Assembly: GCA_001662655.1 (NCBI GenBank)
Contig: KV460234.1
DNA from: Pseudogymnoascus verrucosus
Taxonomy: Eukaryota
Reading direction: 5' to 3' (one strand)
DNA length: 64,000 nt
Below, piece by piece: positions 46,847 through 59,435 of the stretch (within the stretch, counting starts at the first letter, position 1; each line of letters starts with the position of its first letter). The notes beneath the pieces are model-generated. The model did no database searches and was not told the DNA's origin. It saw only the letters and a list, made by a program, of their open reading frames with translations. The position numbers and the translations under genes are program-made.

Positions 46847-47661
46847 AAGATTTCTCTTGCTCGGCTTTTCAAGTTGAGATATAAACCTCACAAAAAGAAT
46901 ATCGGTTTAACGGGTGGTGCACAAAGTCTTATGTACATAGCTATTAAACGCAAAATAGAACACAGGTCATATCTTTTCAAATCATTGCAAACCAGTATCC
47001 AAATTCAAACCGTCAATCCAGCCTAAGTTATGGAAAGTAATTAGGTATATGTGAACTCGCCTTTATTTTCTTCGGGAGATAATAGTCGTAGGCCAGAGTT
47101 GGGCGCTGGAGAGGGCGATCGCATCGCATGATATGGCAGTTGTTGGTGGAAATCTTACTGGATTTTAAAACGTGATGCAAACTCCGGCATGAAAGTCTAG
47201 CTGTTTCCCCCAACAACTCTTTCCAGGGCCGGAGGGTCGTGTAGAATAGTTTCAGGACGTGTGCATGAGTATACTATACCAACGCCCGTAGGCAATCGTC
47301 GTTTATTCTAACGTAACGCACAGAGTTTATCAGGGCGGACGGATACATATATGCTCTTCAAGTTATGTGCCTGGGTTATGGGGATTTTTCTAGCTGGGTC
47401 CTTATTAGGGGGTACATTTACGAATCTTGATTCTTGGCAGTAGTCCATTAATTGTATAAGTTATAACGTACCTAACCTATGGGAAAGTAGAATATTTCCG
47501 CAAGACTTTATCAATTGGGTGGACACCAACCTAAACAAACCAAGTATCACAATCAAAACATGTAGGTAATACCTCCTCGAATGACTGCATTTCAATACTA
47601 ACAGTAAAGAAATATAGCTATTTCAGCAAACATTCCCCAGAGGCTGCCAAGTATTCCAGCC

Positions 47662-49398
47662 TTATGTAAAGTATCTAAAGTTTGGGTGCTTGTCACTGAG
47701 CTGCGTAAGATCCAATGCCTCGGTTGGGTCGATGGGTCCTGTAGCCGTATCCCTCTTCTTGTTCTCATGGGCCAACTTGAAATGAAGACCAAGGGACAAC
47801 ACACAGATGAGCCCCGTGAAGGCACAACCAATTGCACATCCCTTGACAAAATAGGGTCTTTCATAATAGGTCAGCATCAGTTTCAAATAAATAATCGCCA
47901 ATAAGATGAACTCACCCGTCTTCTTTGGGAAACACAGCACTGCTGAGGAACGAGCTCGTCTGCCCAAATATCGCAAGTATTGCAAGTCCAGCTCCACGCT
48001 TTGATTCTCCGCCTTGATTGTTGAGTAGCCAGGTGATGTTAATTGACAGTGCGGGAAAGACGCCGCAGCAGGCAAGCCAGATTCCGAAATAACGGGCTCC
48101 GTTGTATTTCGCATCTTCTAGAGTTGCAAGGAGTAGATAGCCGACGGCTCCCATAAAAGAAAATCCTGCGACGACAAAGCCTCTGTTCCCATACTTATCA
48201 CTGTAAAAGGCAACCAAAACGCATAGCAAAAAGGCTGCAAGATATGGTGGAGCAGTAAGTCCCTGAGCTTGAATGCTGGTGTAGTTGAGATTCTCAACAA
48301 TGGTGGGAAGGAAGTTGGAGAGACCAGCGAAGGAATAATTGCAGCAGAAATGTATAAGCGCATGTACATAGTTCTGATAGTCTGAGAGACCAGCGGTCAC
48401 TTGTCTCCAGTTCATCTTGGTCTTGGCAGTGGTATCCCGAGTATGCATGCGTTCGACTGCCCCAGTCTGCTCATCTTCGGTAAGGAATTTAGCGGTGCTT
48501 GGGGAATCTGGGAGTAAAAAGAAGACCACGGGAGCAAATGCTATGGTCGGAGCACCCTCTGGGAACTATTAGCACTAGCTTTATGATCAGGAGAATTCTT
48601 AACTTGCCGATAAGGAAGAGTAAACGCCATGGCTCAAGGGATCCTTTTATATGTGTAATCCCATAGGCCAAAGATGCTGCAAAACAATTTGCCAATGGGG
48701 ACATGCCTGTCAGCAAAGCAACTCTCAGGCCTAATTCTTTTCGCTGATAGAAGAGAGACAGGTAGTAGGGAGCTCCAGCACCGAAGCCTGCCTCCAAAAC
48801 TCCTAAAACACATCGAGCAGCAACGAGTCCCGCCATGTTGTGGGTAGCTCCTGCGGACATTGCGGCGATACCCCAGCTATTGAAAGTTCAGTCAAAGAAA
48901 TTTTCTGACTTAATTTTAACTTACGACAGACAAATAACTGACACGTAAATGTGCGCAGGAAAAATCTTCCATAGTACTGTCGCCCATTCGAATACCGTAT
49001 AGCATATATAGAATCCATTGAGAACCCAAGTCCACTAGACAGTGTCAATATAAAGAGGGGACGTATGAGGGTTGTTGAAACATACTTGTGCACTGCTCAA
49101 TCCTAAATCGGCTTGAGCGCCGGCAGTTTTGGCATTGCCGATATTTCCACGATCGAGGTACGATAGGACATATAAGACACAGACAATCCAAAGCATATGG
49201 CGATCATACTATTCTTTCATCAGTAACTACTACCAAGGAATATTTGCAGGAACACACCTTTTTCACGAAATAGATCTGTCTATTTGCATCAACGAGGACG
49301 TGAGTTGCCTCAGCCTTCAGCTCGCTCACCATCTCTGCGTGGCTTACTTCAGCATCGAAGTCCTTGTTTACAGAAGTATCTGTAACTGTATTGCTCAT
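47662..49398 (-). CDS. MFS transporter, anion:cation symporter (Dal5/Tna1-like) family
   Basis: SYLDRGNIGNAK, RCVLGVLEAG, YQRKELGLR, PWRLLFLIEG, LPDSP..AKFLT, FLPTI, SDK..NRG and C-terminal NFRY. Multi-exon. Confidence 0.9.
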
Positions 49399-49633
49399 GT
49401 TCACTGTTGTATTGTGTCCAGATAATGTTGAGGATGGATGAATGGAAGATTGATCATGTAGCCCCAAATAGACGGCGGATGTCAGGGGCTATATCTTGAA
49501 CGACAGCAACGCCAACTCTTCATATCTTAAACCACTGAAAAGGATGCCCAATCATATCGACGTAATATTTATTATACTGGCGACCTGAGCCACTGACCCA
49601 TGGGGATGGTCCGTGGTTTCCTGTACCCCAGAT

Positions 49634-49666
49634 CCGGGGTATGCGGGGAAATTGCTTTTGCGGGGT
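49634..49666. promoter_or_regulatory. Clustered SYGGRG sites upstream of the MFS gene
   Basis: CCGGGG at 49634, GCGGGG at 49643 and TTTTGCGGGGT at 49656-49666. Confidence 0.45.
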
Positions 49667-51155
49667 AAAAATGGACTAATCTCATGCGATTGAATTCTGA
49701 ATATCCTGTTATAACCGGCACCCCACCAGCCTCTACATCAATCCCGGATACTGTCCCACATCTCGGCCACAACTTTAGGCATAGGCTGTGGGACTTTAAT
49801 AATGTTTCATGAATGAAGCCAATGGGCTCGGAAGAAAAAAATGTGGATATTATCTTGAATCCTATTATTATACGCGCCCGATCGGTCCAATCATGGAATT
49901 TTTATATCCGCTGGGAGCGCTGCTTGACAGTTTCGCCACGTAGATTACCTTAGGGGTTTGAGTTGGATGCTTGTGTCTCCCGCTGCTTAGTTGCCAAACC
50001 TGGCGCCTATATGCAAATACATATCGGCCATCTTCTCAAGCGCTTCCAAATATAACTCCCTCAGCTCTCAAGGTAACTCTCCACCATCGCTCCAAGCAGT
50101 TCCAGCCCCTGAAACATTGTGCATCGATGAGTATACGCGCTGGCCGCTGCTCAGCTTAAGATATGTGGATCAAGTAGGGCAGTTACAACTACGTGACCAC
50201 CCTCTACTCGAACCTATCTATCACTAGTAAAGCTTTTGGCAAATTGGGCAATTTACGGTATAACAAAAGTTGTTCTCTAGCCCGAGTTTCGAATACAAGG
50301 ATGGAAGCTTGGTTTTGAAATACTCTCCTCTCAAATGCGGATCTACCAGGAAATAGGCGGATCTATGTCCCATCGCTTTCCGGCACAATCCATCCCCCAT
50401 CCAGGCCAGTGGGCATTCCGTCACACAGCACTAAGCTACAGATATAACGCATAGCCTTTCTCTGGGGATTATACTCACGGTATTAATTCCGTGCTTATAT
50501 GAAAGATTATAGCCGGCCCGTCATGATATTTGAGATACCATGCGTTACGAGTTACTTTTTACAAATCATTAAGTGCTAGTTTTATAATCTTGAGCAACCT
50601 CTACTCTAGCTGTTCTTTTTACCCCCACACCATATCATTCAAGATCTAGAACACTTTATTATGTCTTTCTCACACATAGATTTTTGATATTACCACTACA
50701 CATGGCACCAAACAATATCAGCATCTTATTACAAGGCCCAATACTCTGCAACACCCTGTTGAGCCAGTTACACCAATAAATACGACCATCCTAGGGCATC
50801 GCCGATTCGTAATGTTGTCGTTAGTTGATCGACATTATCGTGTGTGCTCGACGAGTAAAATGCCCCTATAGGAGCATATCTGGTGTTGGGAGGAAGTTCA
50901 CGGCATAGTTACCTCACATGGAATTCCACTAGAGATAGCAGAGTTGATTGCGGACATGGCAGACGATTAGCCAGTCAGTATGGATGAGGCGAGTAGAGAT
51001 TAAGAGCAACTCATGAGAGAACAAAAGTGGGCAGAGTAGGCGTTTACTAATAGTTTGAGTTGCCTGGTAGTTGGCGAAAAATACTAGACAATTTGCCTCC
51101 GGTGCGCAAAACATATTCGTATTCAAGACAGCTTATGCGCGTCTATGTACAGAAA

Positions 51156-53299
51156 CTAACTTAATGTCTCGTAATAATCAATTGGATATCCCAACGAAGC
51201 GCACTGCGGCCCATCGTCGATATAATGGATATTCCTTCCACCCAGCTGCAACATCCTCACCTCGTTACCATCCCCGGTCAACTCTCTCCACCTCCCAAAC
51301 TCCTTCACCTGTCTCAGAGTCTGCACATACCCTCTTGCCGCCAAGTATCCCGCATCCGGATTGGGATCCTGCGTCCGCGCAAACGACGTCCAGTAATCCA
51401 CCACCAGCTGTGCAAATGGGACATCGCCCCCATCCCGATCGACGAGGCCGTCGTGCAGAATGTTCCCAAAGACGAACTGAAGCTCTCCAGCATGACACTT
51501 GTAGTACTCAGCGTTAGCATCGCCAGCCGGGTGCTCTGTAGTCAGAGGGGCACGGCATTCATCTCCCCCGAAGCCGACGGGTTGGTAGGTGCGGTTGAAG
51601 GTAAATGCGTAAGCTTTGGGGAAGACGCCGTGCTTGACAGCAGAGGCCACCATTGCTTGTTCGCCGCAGCGCAGGGCGACGTCGGTGAGGATGCGGGAGG
51701 TGATGTTAAAGATATTACCTGCAGTGTTTGCGCCAGGAGGGAGCGGGAAGATGCCGGGCGCGGCGGCGGCAGTTGTGTTAAATCCGAGGGCAGCGCCAAG
51801 ACCCAGGATGGCTTCAGTGGGATCGGTGATGGGGAGGTAGAGGCCGAGAACAGCAAGTTCGTCGCGATTGCCGCCGTTCATTACGGGAACATGGGCCGCG
51901 TATCCGCCGCCAGTGACTTCGAGGCGGGGTGTGGTAAGGTAGGTTCCGTCGACGACGGGGTAGCTAGGAAGGTTAGCTTTGGAATAGACGCATGGATATG
52001 GACGTACTTTGCCACTGCCGCCAGGTTGTTGAGCTCAATGGGATCATAGGCTCGAAGGCAGGCGAGCTTATCAGCAGCTTCCGAGCAGCTGGTCTCGTTG
52101 AGGACAGCAGCACCAACAGTGCTGGATACTTGCTGTATGGATTGTAGCTCGGAGTACGGGCCATTTGCAAGGGCACCTGCTGGGTTCGACTGCATAATTC
52201 CAGCCTCAAAGAGGCCTTTCGCTTTGGGAGATGCTAACAATGCGCGAACTAATGATGCGCCGGCAGAGGAGCCGAAGACTGTGATCCGAGAGGGGTCGCC
52301 TCCGAACGCCTTTACATTCCGCTTCACCCATTCTAATGCAGTGATGGCATCTTGAATCCCGTAATTCCCGTTAGTCACACCGTCATCGAGGGCCAGGAAG
52401 CCGAGATTCGCCATCCGGTAGTTGATCGAAATAACAACCACGTCGCCTCGAGACGCCATATTCCCAAGATCGTCGACGCTTGCTGATCCGCCTACAAAGC
52501 CACCGCCAACCATATAAAACATGACAGCTTTAAGCTTCTTTGTCGCCGGTGCAGTCTTCTGTGACGGTAGGTACGGAGTCCAGACGTTTAAGAACAGGCA
52601 GTCTTCACTTCCTACTCCAGGGGCTTGCACGCACTCAGTACCAGACTCGAGACTCTCCGCACTCCCCTCTCCATCATAAACCGTAGAGTAGCTGAAGCGC
52701 TCTGGCTGTGGGGCAAAGCGGACTCCAAAGAAACGCCAGTTGTAGAAGTCGCGATACCCGGTAAGCGTCTGCTTGCCAACCTTCTGTGCCACCTGGAACC
52801 GCGCAGAGGTGTCCGTGAAGGTGGCGTTCGGGATTGGCGCGCTCTGAGTGCATAGAGCTGGGAGTTTCTGGGAGCACGATACGAGTTTCGTTTTCCCTTT
52901 GGCATCAATAGCTTGGCAGGCTTTCCGGTCGCTAGCTACCCAGAACAACTGGCTTTTGCCATAGTTACCTTGGTAGACCTGATAGGCGAGACTTCTATCT
53001 AGTCCGAGGTTGAAATCCTCTGCCGATGGGTCCCAGAGTGTTTCTGCGAAGCTAGTGCACCGTGCTGCCGCATCTTTTTGGCAAAACGCGGTGTTCACAA
53101 GGAGTGCACCGGTTGTCCGCGTAGTATGGCTAGCTGAAGCTTCATGTTAGATATGATGCGCAATTGGGGTTTCACACATACAGTATAGATCATTGTTTGA
53201 TAGAATTGTCACATCTGATCCAAGTGCTGGCAGATTCGGAGCAGCACAGGCAGCAAGGCGGGCTACAGAGAGCAATGCGCTGGCCTTGAGGAAAGTCAT
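51156..53299 (-). CDS. Secreted type-B carboxylesterase
   Basis: Signal peptide, EDCLFLNVWTP, GGGF, INYR, GNYGIQD, FGGDP, GSSAG nucleophile and CHAGEL His. Two introns restore one frame. Confidence 0.92.
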
Positions 53300-53998
53300 G
53301 ATAGCTGGCTTCTTACATTGAACAGGGCGTATTTAGCACATTATATATTATTTTGCCTCCTCCCCCGAAGCACGGCCAAAACTATCGACCCTATCATCAT
53401 ACCTGTGGAGATGGTTTAAGCATATTACCCCATTGGAGGGTATGGTATGGCAGGAAATATGGGACAAGGTTCTCAATCCTCACAAACGCCACTACTGATC
53501 CACAGGCGTATTTCGGTCCGTCAGAACCTGAAGTATATAATGGGGAGGAGGGTGGAGATAGAGGGTGGGGACGTTGAGCATGGGTAAATACCCATCGGCG
53601 GCGGCGTGGAAGCTTCCGAATGCTCACTGGCAATCTCCCAGCTCAATTTAAAGCTAAGCGCTAGTAGAGAATAGAAGGCCTGAGGCCGCGCTAATCGACG
53701 AAATTGTCTCCGAATGAGGGGTACGGAGGGGTACAATCACTAGTCCTATATTAGCTAGTGTGGCGCGCGGTAAATTACCCGAATGGCTCTAATCGGGGTG
53801 GCATCTGCATGGTAAGCGCACCACATGGCTTTCCGAATTCTCATTCTTGCTACCCCACGTTGTCTAAGTGTCCCACTGTCTGCCCGCCGGATAGCAGTTT
53901 CTCGTAGGTTCACGGCCTTCTAAGCTGCTTCACCAAAAGCTAATCCCCAATCCACAGACTTCTCAAGCTTCATACATTCTTCCACACAAACCAGATCA

Positions 53999-55030
53999 AT
54001 GGCGACAGAAAACGCCCTCCCCCGGGACACCCCCGTCCTGTCGACTATCGAAGCCGCGAAGCGCGCCGCGGCCTTCAAAGCCGTCGAGGACCACTTCGAT
54101 CCCGCCTACCGCTACATCGGCATCGGCTCCGGTAGCACTGTAGTCTATGTCGTCGAGGCAATCGCCGCGCAGGGTCGCGCCATAACCAACAACATGATCT
54201 TCGTCCCAACAGGCGACCAGTCCAAGCAGATCATCATAGAGGCCGGGCTTCCTCTCGGGAGCATCGATTCGCTACCACCCGTGCACGAGAACCCACCTGC
54301 GATCAGCGGGGCATCGTCGCAGCTTCTTGCCGTTGGGGAGCAGGACCTCGCGCTGAAGGGGAAGCGCCAAAGTCTGGACGTTGCGTTCGATGGTGCTGAC
54401 GAGATCGACGAGGAGCTGAACTGCATCAAAGGCGGTGGCGCGTGTTTGTTCCAGGAGAAATTGGTAGCGACGAGCGCGAAGAAGTTTGTTTGCGTTGCTG
54501 GTATGAATACCCCTCTCTGTCACATGTGAGTCACAGCAGATACTAACATGGCGTGCACAGATTACCGCAAGCTACAGCCCCGCCTCCTCACAGCCTGGAA
54601 GGCCATCCCGATTGAGATCGCGCCCATGTCTGCACCGGTCATCAAGCGCATGCTCATCACCCTCGGCTCCCCCGACCCGCGCATCCGACAGGGTGGCTCT
54701 GCAAAGGCAGGGCCCGTCGTTACGGACAACGGGATGTGGATTATCGACGCTCCCTTCCCCGCGCTGAAGCTTACCAAGGACCTCGCAGAGGGCGATAATG
54801 GTGATGGCACGAAGGGGACGTGGGAGGTGCACGCCCTGGGAAGGAGACTGAAGAGGATAGTGGGCGTGCTGGATGTTGGCCTTTTCCACGGCCGGAATGG
54901 GATTCAGGTTGCGAATTCGGGAGAGGAGGGAGGGGGACAGAAGCCCGTTGCGGCGTACTTTGGGATGGCGGATGGAGGAGTGGAGGTCAGGGTCGCTCAG
55001 GAGATTGAGGGCGTGAAGTCAAAGCCATAG
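53999..55030 (+). CDS. rki1: Ribose-5-phosphate isomerase A
   Basis: [32 protein letters not shown]. Intron 54501-54560. A possible upstream exon from 53825 is described in findings. Confidence 0.95.
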
Positions 55031-55494
55031 TTGGACAGAAGACGGGGAAAAGCTAAGTCGTCTTTCATTGGCAAAAATTAGAATACTAGACCCATTTACT
55101 GGTCCACAACACTGCTTCCAATTGCGTGAGTATCCTAATATGTCCGTTTTCCAGCTAGGATTTGACTGCTCTATTGCAACCACTTGGGCACAGCCAGTCG
55201 TCATAGAGTCCCAAGTCAACGGTTCTAACACCAATCACCCAGCTTCAAAAACCACAGGCTTCATATAGATAGTGGCTGTGAGCGAATGTTACCTCAAATT
55301 GATGCATTGTTGGGGTGGGCGTCACTTATAATTGAGATAGAAAGGCAACGAATAGTTTATGAAGCTGTGCAAACGAATTTAACTACAAACGACTCTTCTA
55401 TTAAACGCTCGCCAGAAAGCAAATAAAGGGTGCACAATGCACATCAAGAAGCAAAAGCTGACCCTCTCTCTTCTGTTCGCCTTGTTCGCCACAC

Positions 55495-58400
55495 TCACAT
55501 CGCCCTTCCCTTCCCCTTCCCCCCTCCATCTAGAGCTGGAAACTCCTCGCTCACTTCTGCAGCAATAGCCCGGCTCTCTTCCTCCGCCAAACTGAGCTGA
55601 AGCGCATAATCCAAATCCTCCATGGCAATCTCGGCCTCCTTCTGCTTTCTGCGGCGAGTCTTCGACGCTTGGCTAGTAGACGGCGACGTTGATGCCGAGC
55701 GCCTGCTCTTCTTTGTCTTCACCACAAAAGGGACGTCGTAGCTCCTGCTCCCACTGCCCGGAGGTGAAGATGCCTCGCTCTCGAGCAGCGACAGCCGGAT
55801 CGCCTCTTCCACCTCCCTCTCCAGCTCCATCTCGCTCTTCATATTCGGCGACGACGCGTTGTATCCTGCGACACTCGGCGCGGGTGAGCCAAACGTACTA
55901 CTAACGGCGCTCTGGCTCGGCTCAGGTGTTCCTTGACCACGATCACCGCTGGCACTAGTGAGCCTTCGCTCTTCCTCTTGCATAAACGCCTCCTGTGACA
56001 TCAGCTCTGCATATCGTAGCGCCTCTTCCTCGCTCAACCCCGCGAGACCAACGCCAAAGCGGCCCTGCAGATGCAGCTGCTCCTTTTCCTGCGCGATAGC
56101 CTCACGCTTGAGTTCCTGCTGCTCGTTGACGATATAGTCCATCAGCGCGCCGCGGCCGGTATTTGTGTACCTATCGGTCGCGCCATTGTGGCCGCGCTCG
56201 CTTGACCGCCGTAGACGGCGTTTCTTGCTCGCGAGGGAATCAGCGCCGTTGGAACTGTACGCCCAGTACCGCAGGTGCGTTCCGAGCGTCACCATGCCCC
56301 GCAGAGCTGTGGGGTCGGGGTCCAGTGCCAAGGCACCGGCAGCGTAGAGGTTGATCCCCACGCCCTGGACTGAGGCCTCAGCCTGGACTAGACGACGGCG
56401 CGCACGCGACGAGAAGCGTGAGTTGAGAGTGCGCAGAGGTTCTGTGATGGATGCAAGTGGGTCCCATGCCTGTACGAGGCCGTCGTTGCCGCCGTGGACG
56501 AGGTATAGCGCCGATAGGGCCAGACAGGAGATTTGAGGAGAGTCGGTTTGAATAGTGCGAAGAGGCTGGAGGGTGTTTGTAATTGACGCGTTGCGAGATT
56601 GCGGGCCTCGCATATCCCAGATATAAACAGCCCCAGTCTTGGTACCAACAGTGAGAAAGCGGCCACGATGGCCTGGGATATTGTGCAATGAGTTTCCTTC
56701 ACTATGTTCTGGAGTCGCAAAGATCGCAGATGCAGTATTGCCGCCATTCATGGTGAGAATCGGGTCCTCTGGCACCCAGAGAATTGCAAACGTCGACATA
56801 TCAACCGCGTTCGCCGTAAACTCGATAGTTTGCGCTCCGTCCCACGCCAATGCAGTGGTTCTCCACTCTTCTACGAACGTAGATGCACCATTCCGTTTAA
56901 CAGGGCTCATTGATATCGCCTGTTCAGCCGCTTTAACCTTCAAACTAGCCGGTTTTCCACCACCAAAGAGCGAAGCGACGGTAGTCGCCTTCTCCTGAAC
57001 CGGCGGGGTTTTCGGAATTGGGAAGCGATCGAGAGAAGCCTGTTCTGCTCTCATACGGGTGAACCGTGTAATGTGTGCAGGCTCTGACTCAGGGGCACCA
57101 CACTGGATGACGACTGCGCACTCTCCTGCACCGCGTCCATCGTCGCCCGCAAAATCGACCTGAAGCCTACGGCGCATGTCCCAGCCATTGCAGACTTTAC
57201 GGAAGATGGCAGGGCGGAAAGCAAAAAATGTTTCGAGCTCTCGGTTCTCCGCTAGCAGTTGCTTCTTGGTAAGACCAGAGGAGTGGGGCGAGGATCGGGG
57301 AGAGTAGCTCCCGTCGAACTCGGCGTCTTGGTATGGGTCTTCACGCGCGACACGACGGGTGGGTTCAGCGAGCTTCCAAGCGACGCTACGGCCAGTTTCC
57401 CAGGCCATCGTTGCAAGGCTTTCTTCGTCCAACTTTGCGTTTTTCTCAATCGGAGCTCGGTGGATACTTTGGGTCAAGTAAAATACTTCACCTAGAGCAT
57501 TCAAAGCCATTGCCCAAATACGCTCTGAATCCTTTCGCTTCGCGTTGTATGAGTCGTCCACGCTGATGGCTATTATGGGAACACCCGGACTAATGGCCCA
57601 ACGAGCTGTAATCTCCCCCTTGGCCAACCGATGCCCATCTAGGTTGTCAACGCCAAATGAATACGTCGTGATGATTCCGCATGAAGAACCCGTCATGATT
57701 CCCACAAGGCCATCCGTCATCGAAGGCACAGCAATCGACTTCGCAATCCATACGGAAGATACGGACTCGAAACGGCTCGGCACTTTGGGAACCTCAGGCG
57801 GATGAACTTCGTAATCCGCGGTGCGAGCCAGGAACCTGCCACGCATCTCTTCCGACGAACGGAAGTAGGCCTGCCCCCCTGGAAAACCTTCGCCGCACAC
57901 CATGCCAAACGGCTGGCTAACATCCATGACATTCGGCGCACCGATCACTGATCCGTCTCCAAGACCATAGGGCTGGTCGCCCGGGAATAGATCAGCAAAC
58001 TGAGGCAGCGCCTGTGGGTCGGACAAGCCCCAAGTGTCAACTTTTCCAATATTCGGATCGCTGGTGCAAGCCGTACCCGTCTCATCGCTTCCATGAATGA
58101 ATCTCGGAGACTTCCTGCCATTATCAAAAACGGCATGGATATGGTTCACAGTCGTAAACAGCTGCGAGTTATACGTCACAGCTGCATTCGCATTGTTCGC
58201 CGCGCTATTCGTGCGAGACGACGCTCCATGACCTTTCGCGATCTGCTGCGGCTTACCGCGAGCAAGAGAGCGCAGAAGCCTCGTCCGAAGAATATACTCG
58301 CTGCGCCATGATGCAAGGGCCGTCAGCCGCGCGAAAAACCGTTGCTCGGCACGTTGTCGGTCGCGAGTTTCTTGATCAGAGCTGCGGCGGTTGTTGCGCG

Positions 58401-59006
58401 CGGCGTAGCCTTCATCTGTGGCATCTTGTCCAGGGAAGAATCGCGAAAAAGCGATGCGCCAGGCGTGCGGCGTGGTAACAAGATTATAGAACCTTCGGGA
58501 CACAAGTGATACCGTTGACAGAGATGTTGCGGGTAAATGCGACAATATGTGAGTCAGAACCTCTGCTTGGTATTAGCTTGCGCTCGTAATTTGCGGGCGA
58601 ATTTGGGCTCACCATTAGGGAATTGCTCCAGTTGGACCCCATCATTGCTGCTTGTTCTGCCCTTGGTTACTTTGAACCCAGGACCGCTTCTCCGATTCTT
58701 TGGAGATTCGGGTCCTAGATCAATTTCACCTCCTGCGGTCGCATTGAATGATGGGTGGGGCAGGTTATCGCCCTCCAGAACCCCGTTCAGTGGCAATTCG
58801 CCCACCACGCCGCCCTCTGCGCCATCGACGGATTGCAGAGGGACGATCGCGGAAGCACCGACAACTGACTGCGGTTGCTCATTATACGAGCTTGCCGCGA
58901 GGGCAGCGATGTCTGGATCTGAAAAGCCATGTTGAGAAGATTGGGTAAAACGTTCCGGAATTGTATGAGTAATCGTGTTTGAGATATCGGTAGGCTCAGA
59001 TTGCAT
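55495..59006 (-). CDS. pof10: F-box/WD40 protein with C-terminal UIMs (Pof10-like)
   Basis: Spliced F-box LEQFPNEVLTHILSHLP, WD-type segments (VYIWD, VQAWD), UIM-like motifs (EEAIRLSLLE, LDYALQLSLAE). Confidence 0.8.
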
Positions 59007-59435
59007 ATATGGAGGCGGAAGAAATTGGTAAGCGCGTTTGACTGAGCCAGTTGGTCTGGGTCAGTCTATATATAAGGGTGAGAAAGTGCGTAGTGCGTTG
59101 CGGTCTATAATTGTTGTGTTGAAGTAGAAGTAGAAGCAACGCGATCAAGCAAGATAAAAGGATTCATCGCGTCGGGAGATTTGACGCACGTGCATTTTCA
59201 TTGGTAGATAGCGGAAAATTTATGATCCGGGTTTATGGGCTGGTTCCGAGAATCAACCCCTCTACACCCTCCAAGGACGAATGGCCGAGTAACTCTGGAA
59301 GAGCATAATTATAGTGGGAATACATCATAAATATGGAGGTAGCCTTAAGATTTTCTCTTAGAATATATTTTTCGTGTCATTTTATAACTCATATATGGGC
59401 AGTTATAAGTATCCAAGCTCTCAGACTGCTCTCAC

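Noticed and set aside
49985..50424. Stop-riddled minus-strand frame with CPIC/CNCP motifs (possible gene relic)
   Set aside because: No identifiable homology by eye; it would need a tBLASTx/BLASTx hit.
51225..52049. 274-aa plus-strand ORF and similar antisense ORFs (e.g. 62783-63337)
   Set aside because: Antisense shadows of GC-rich real genes.
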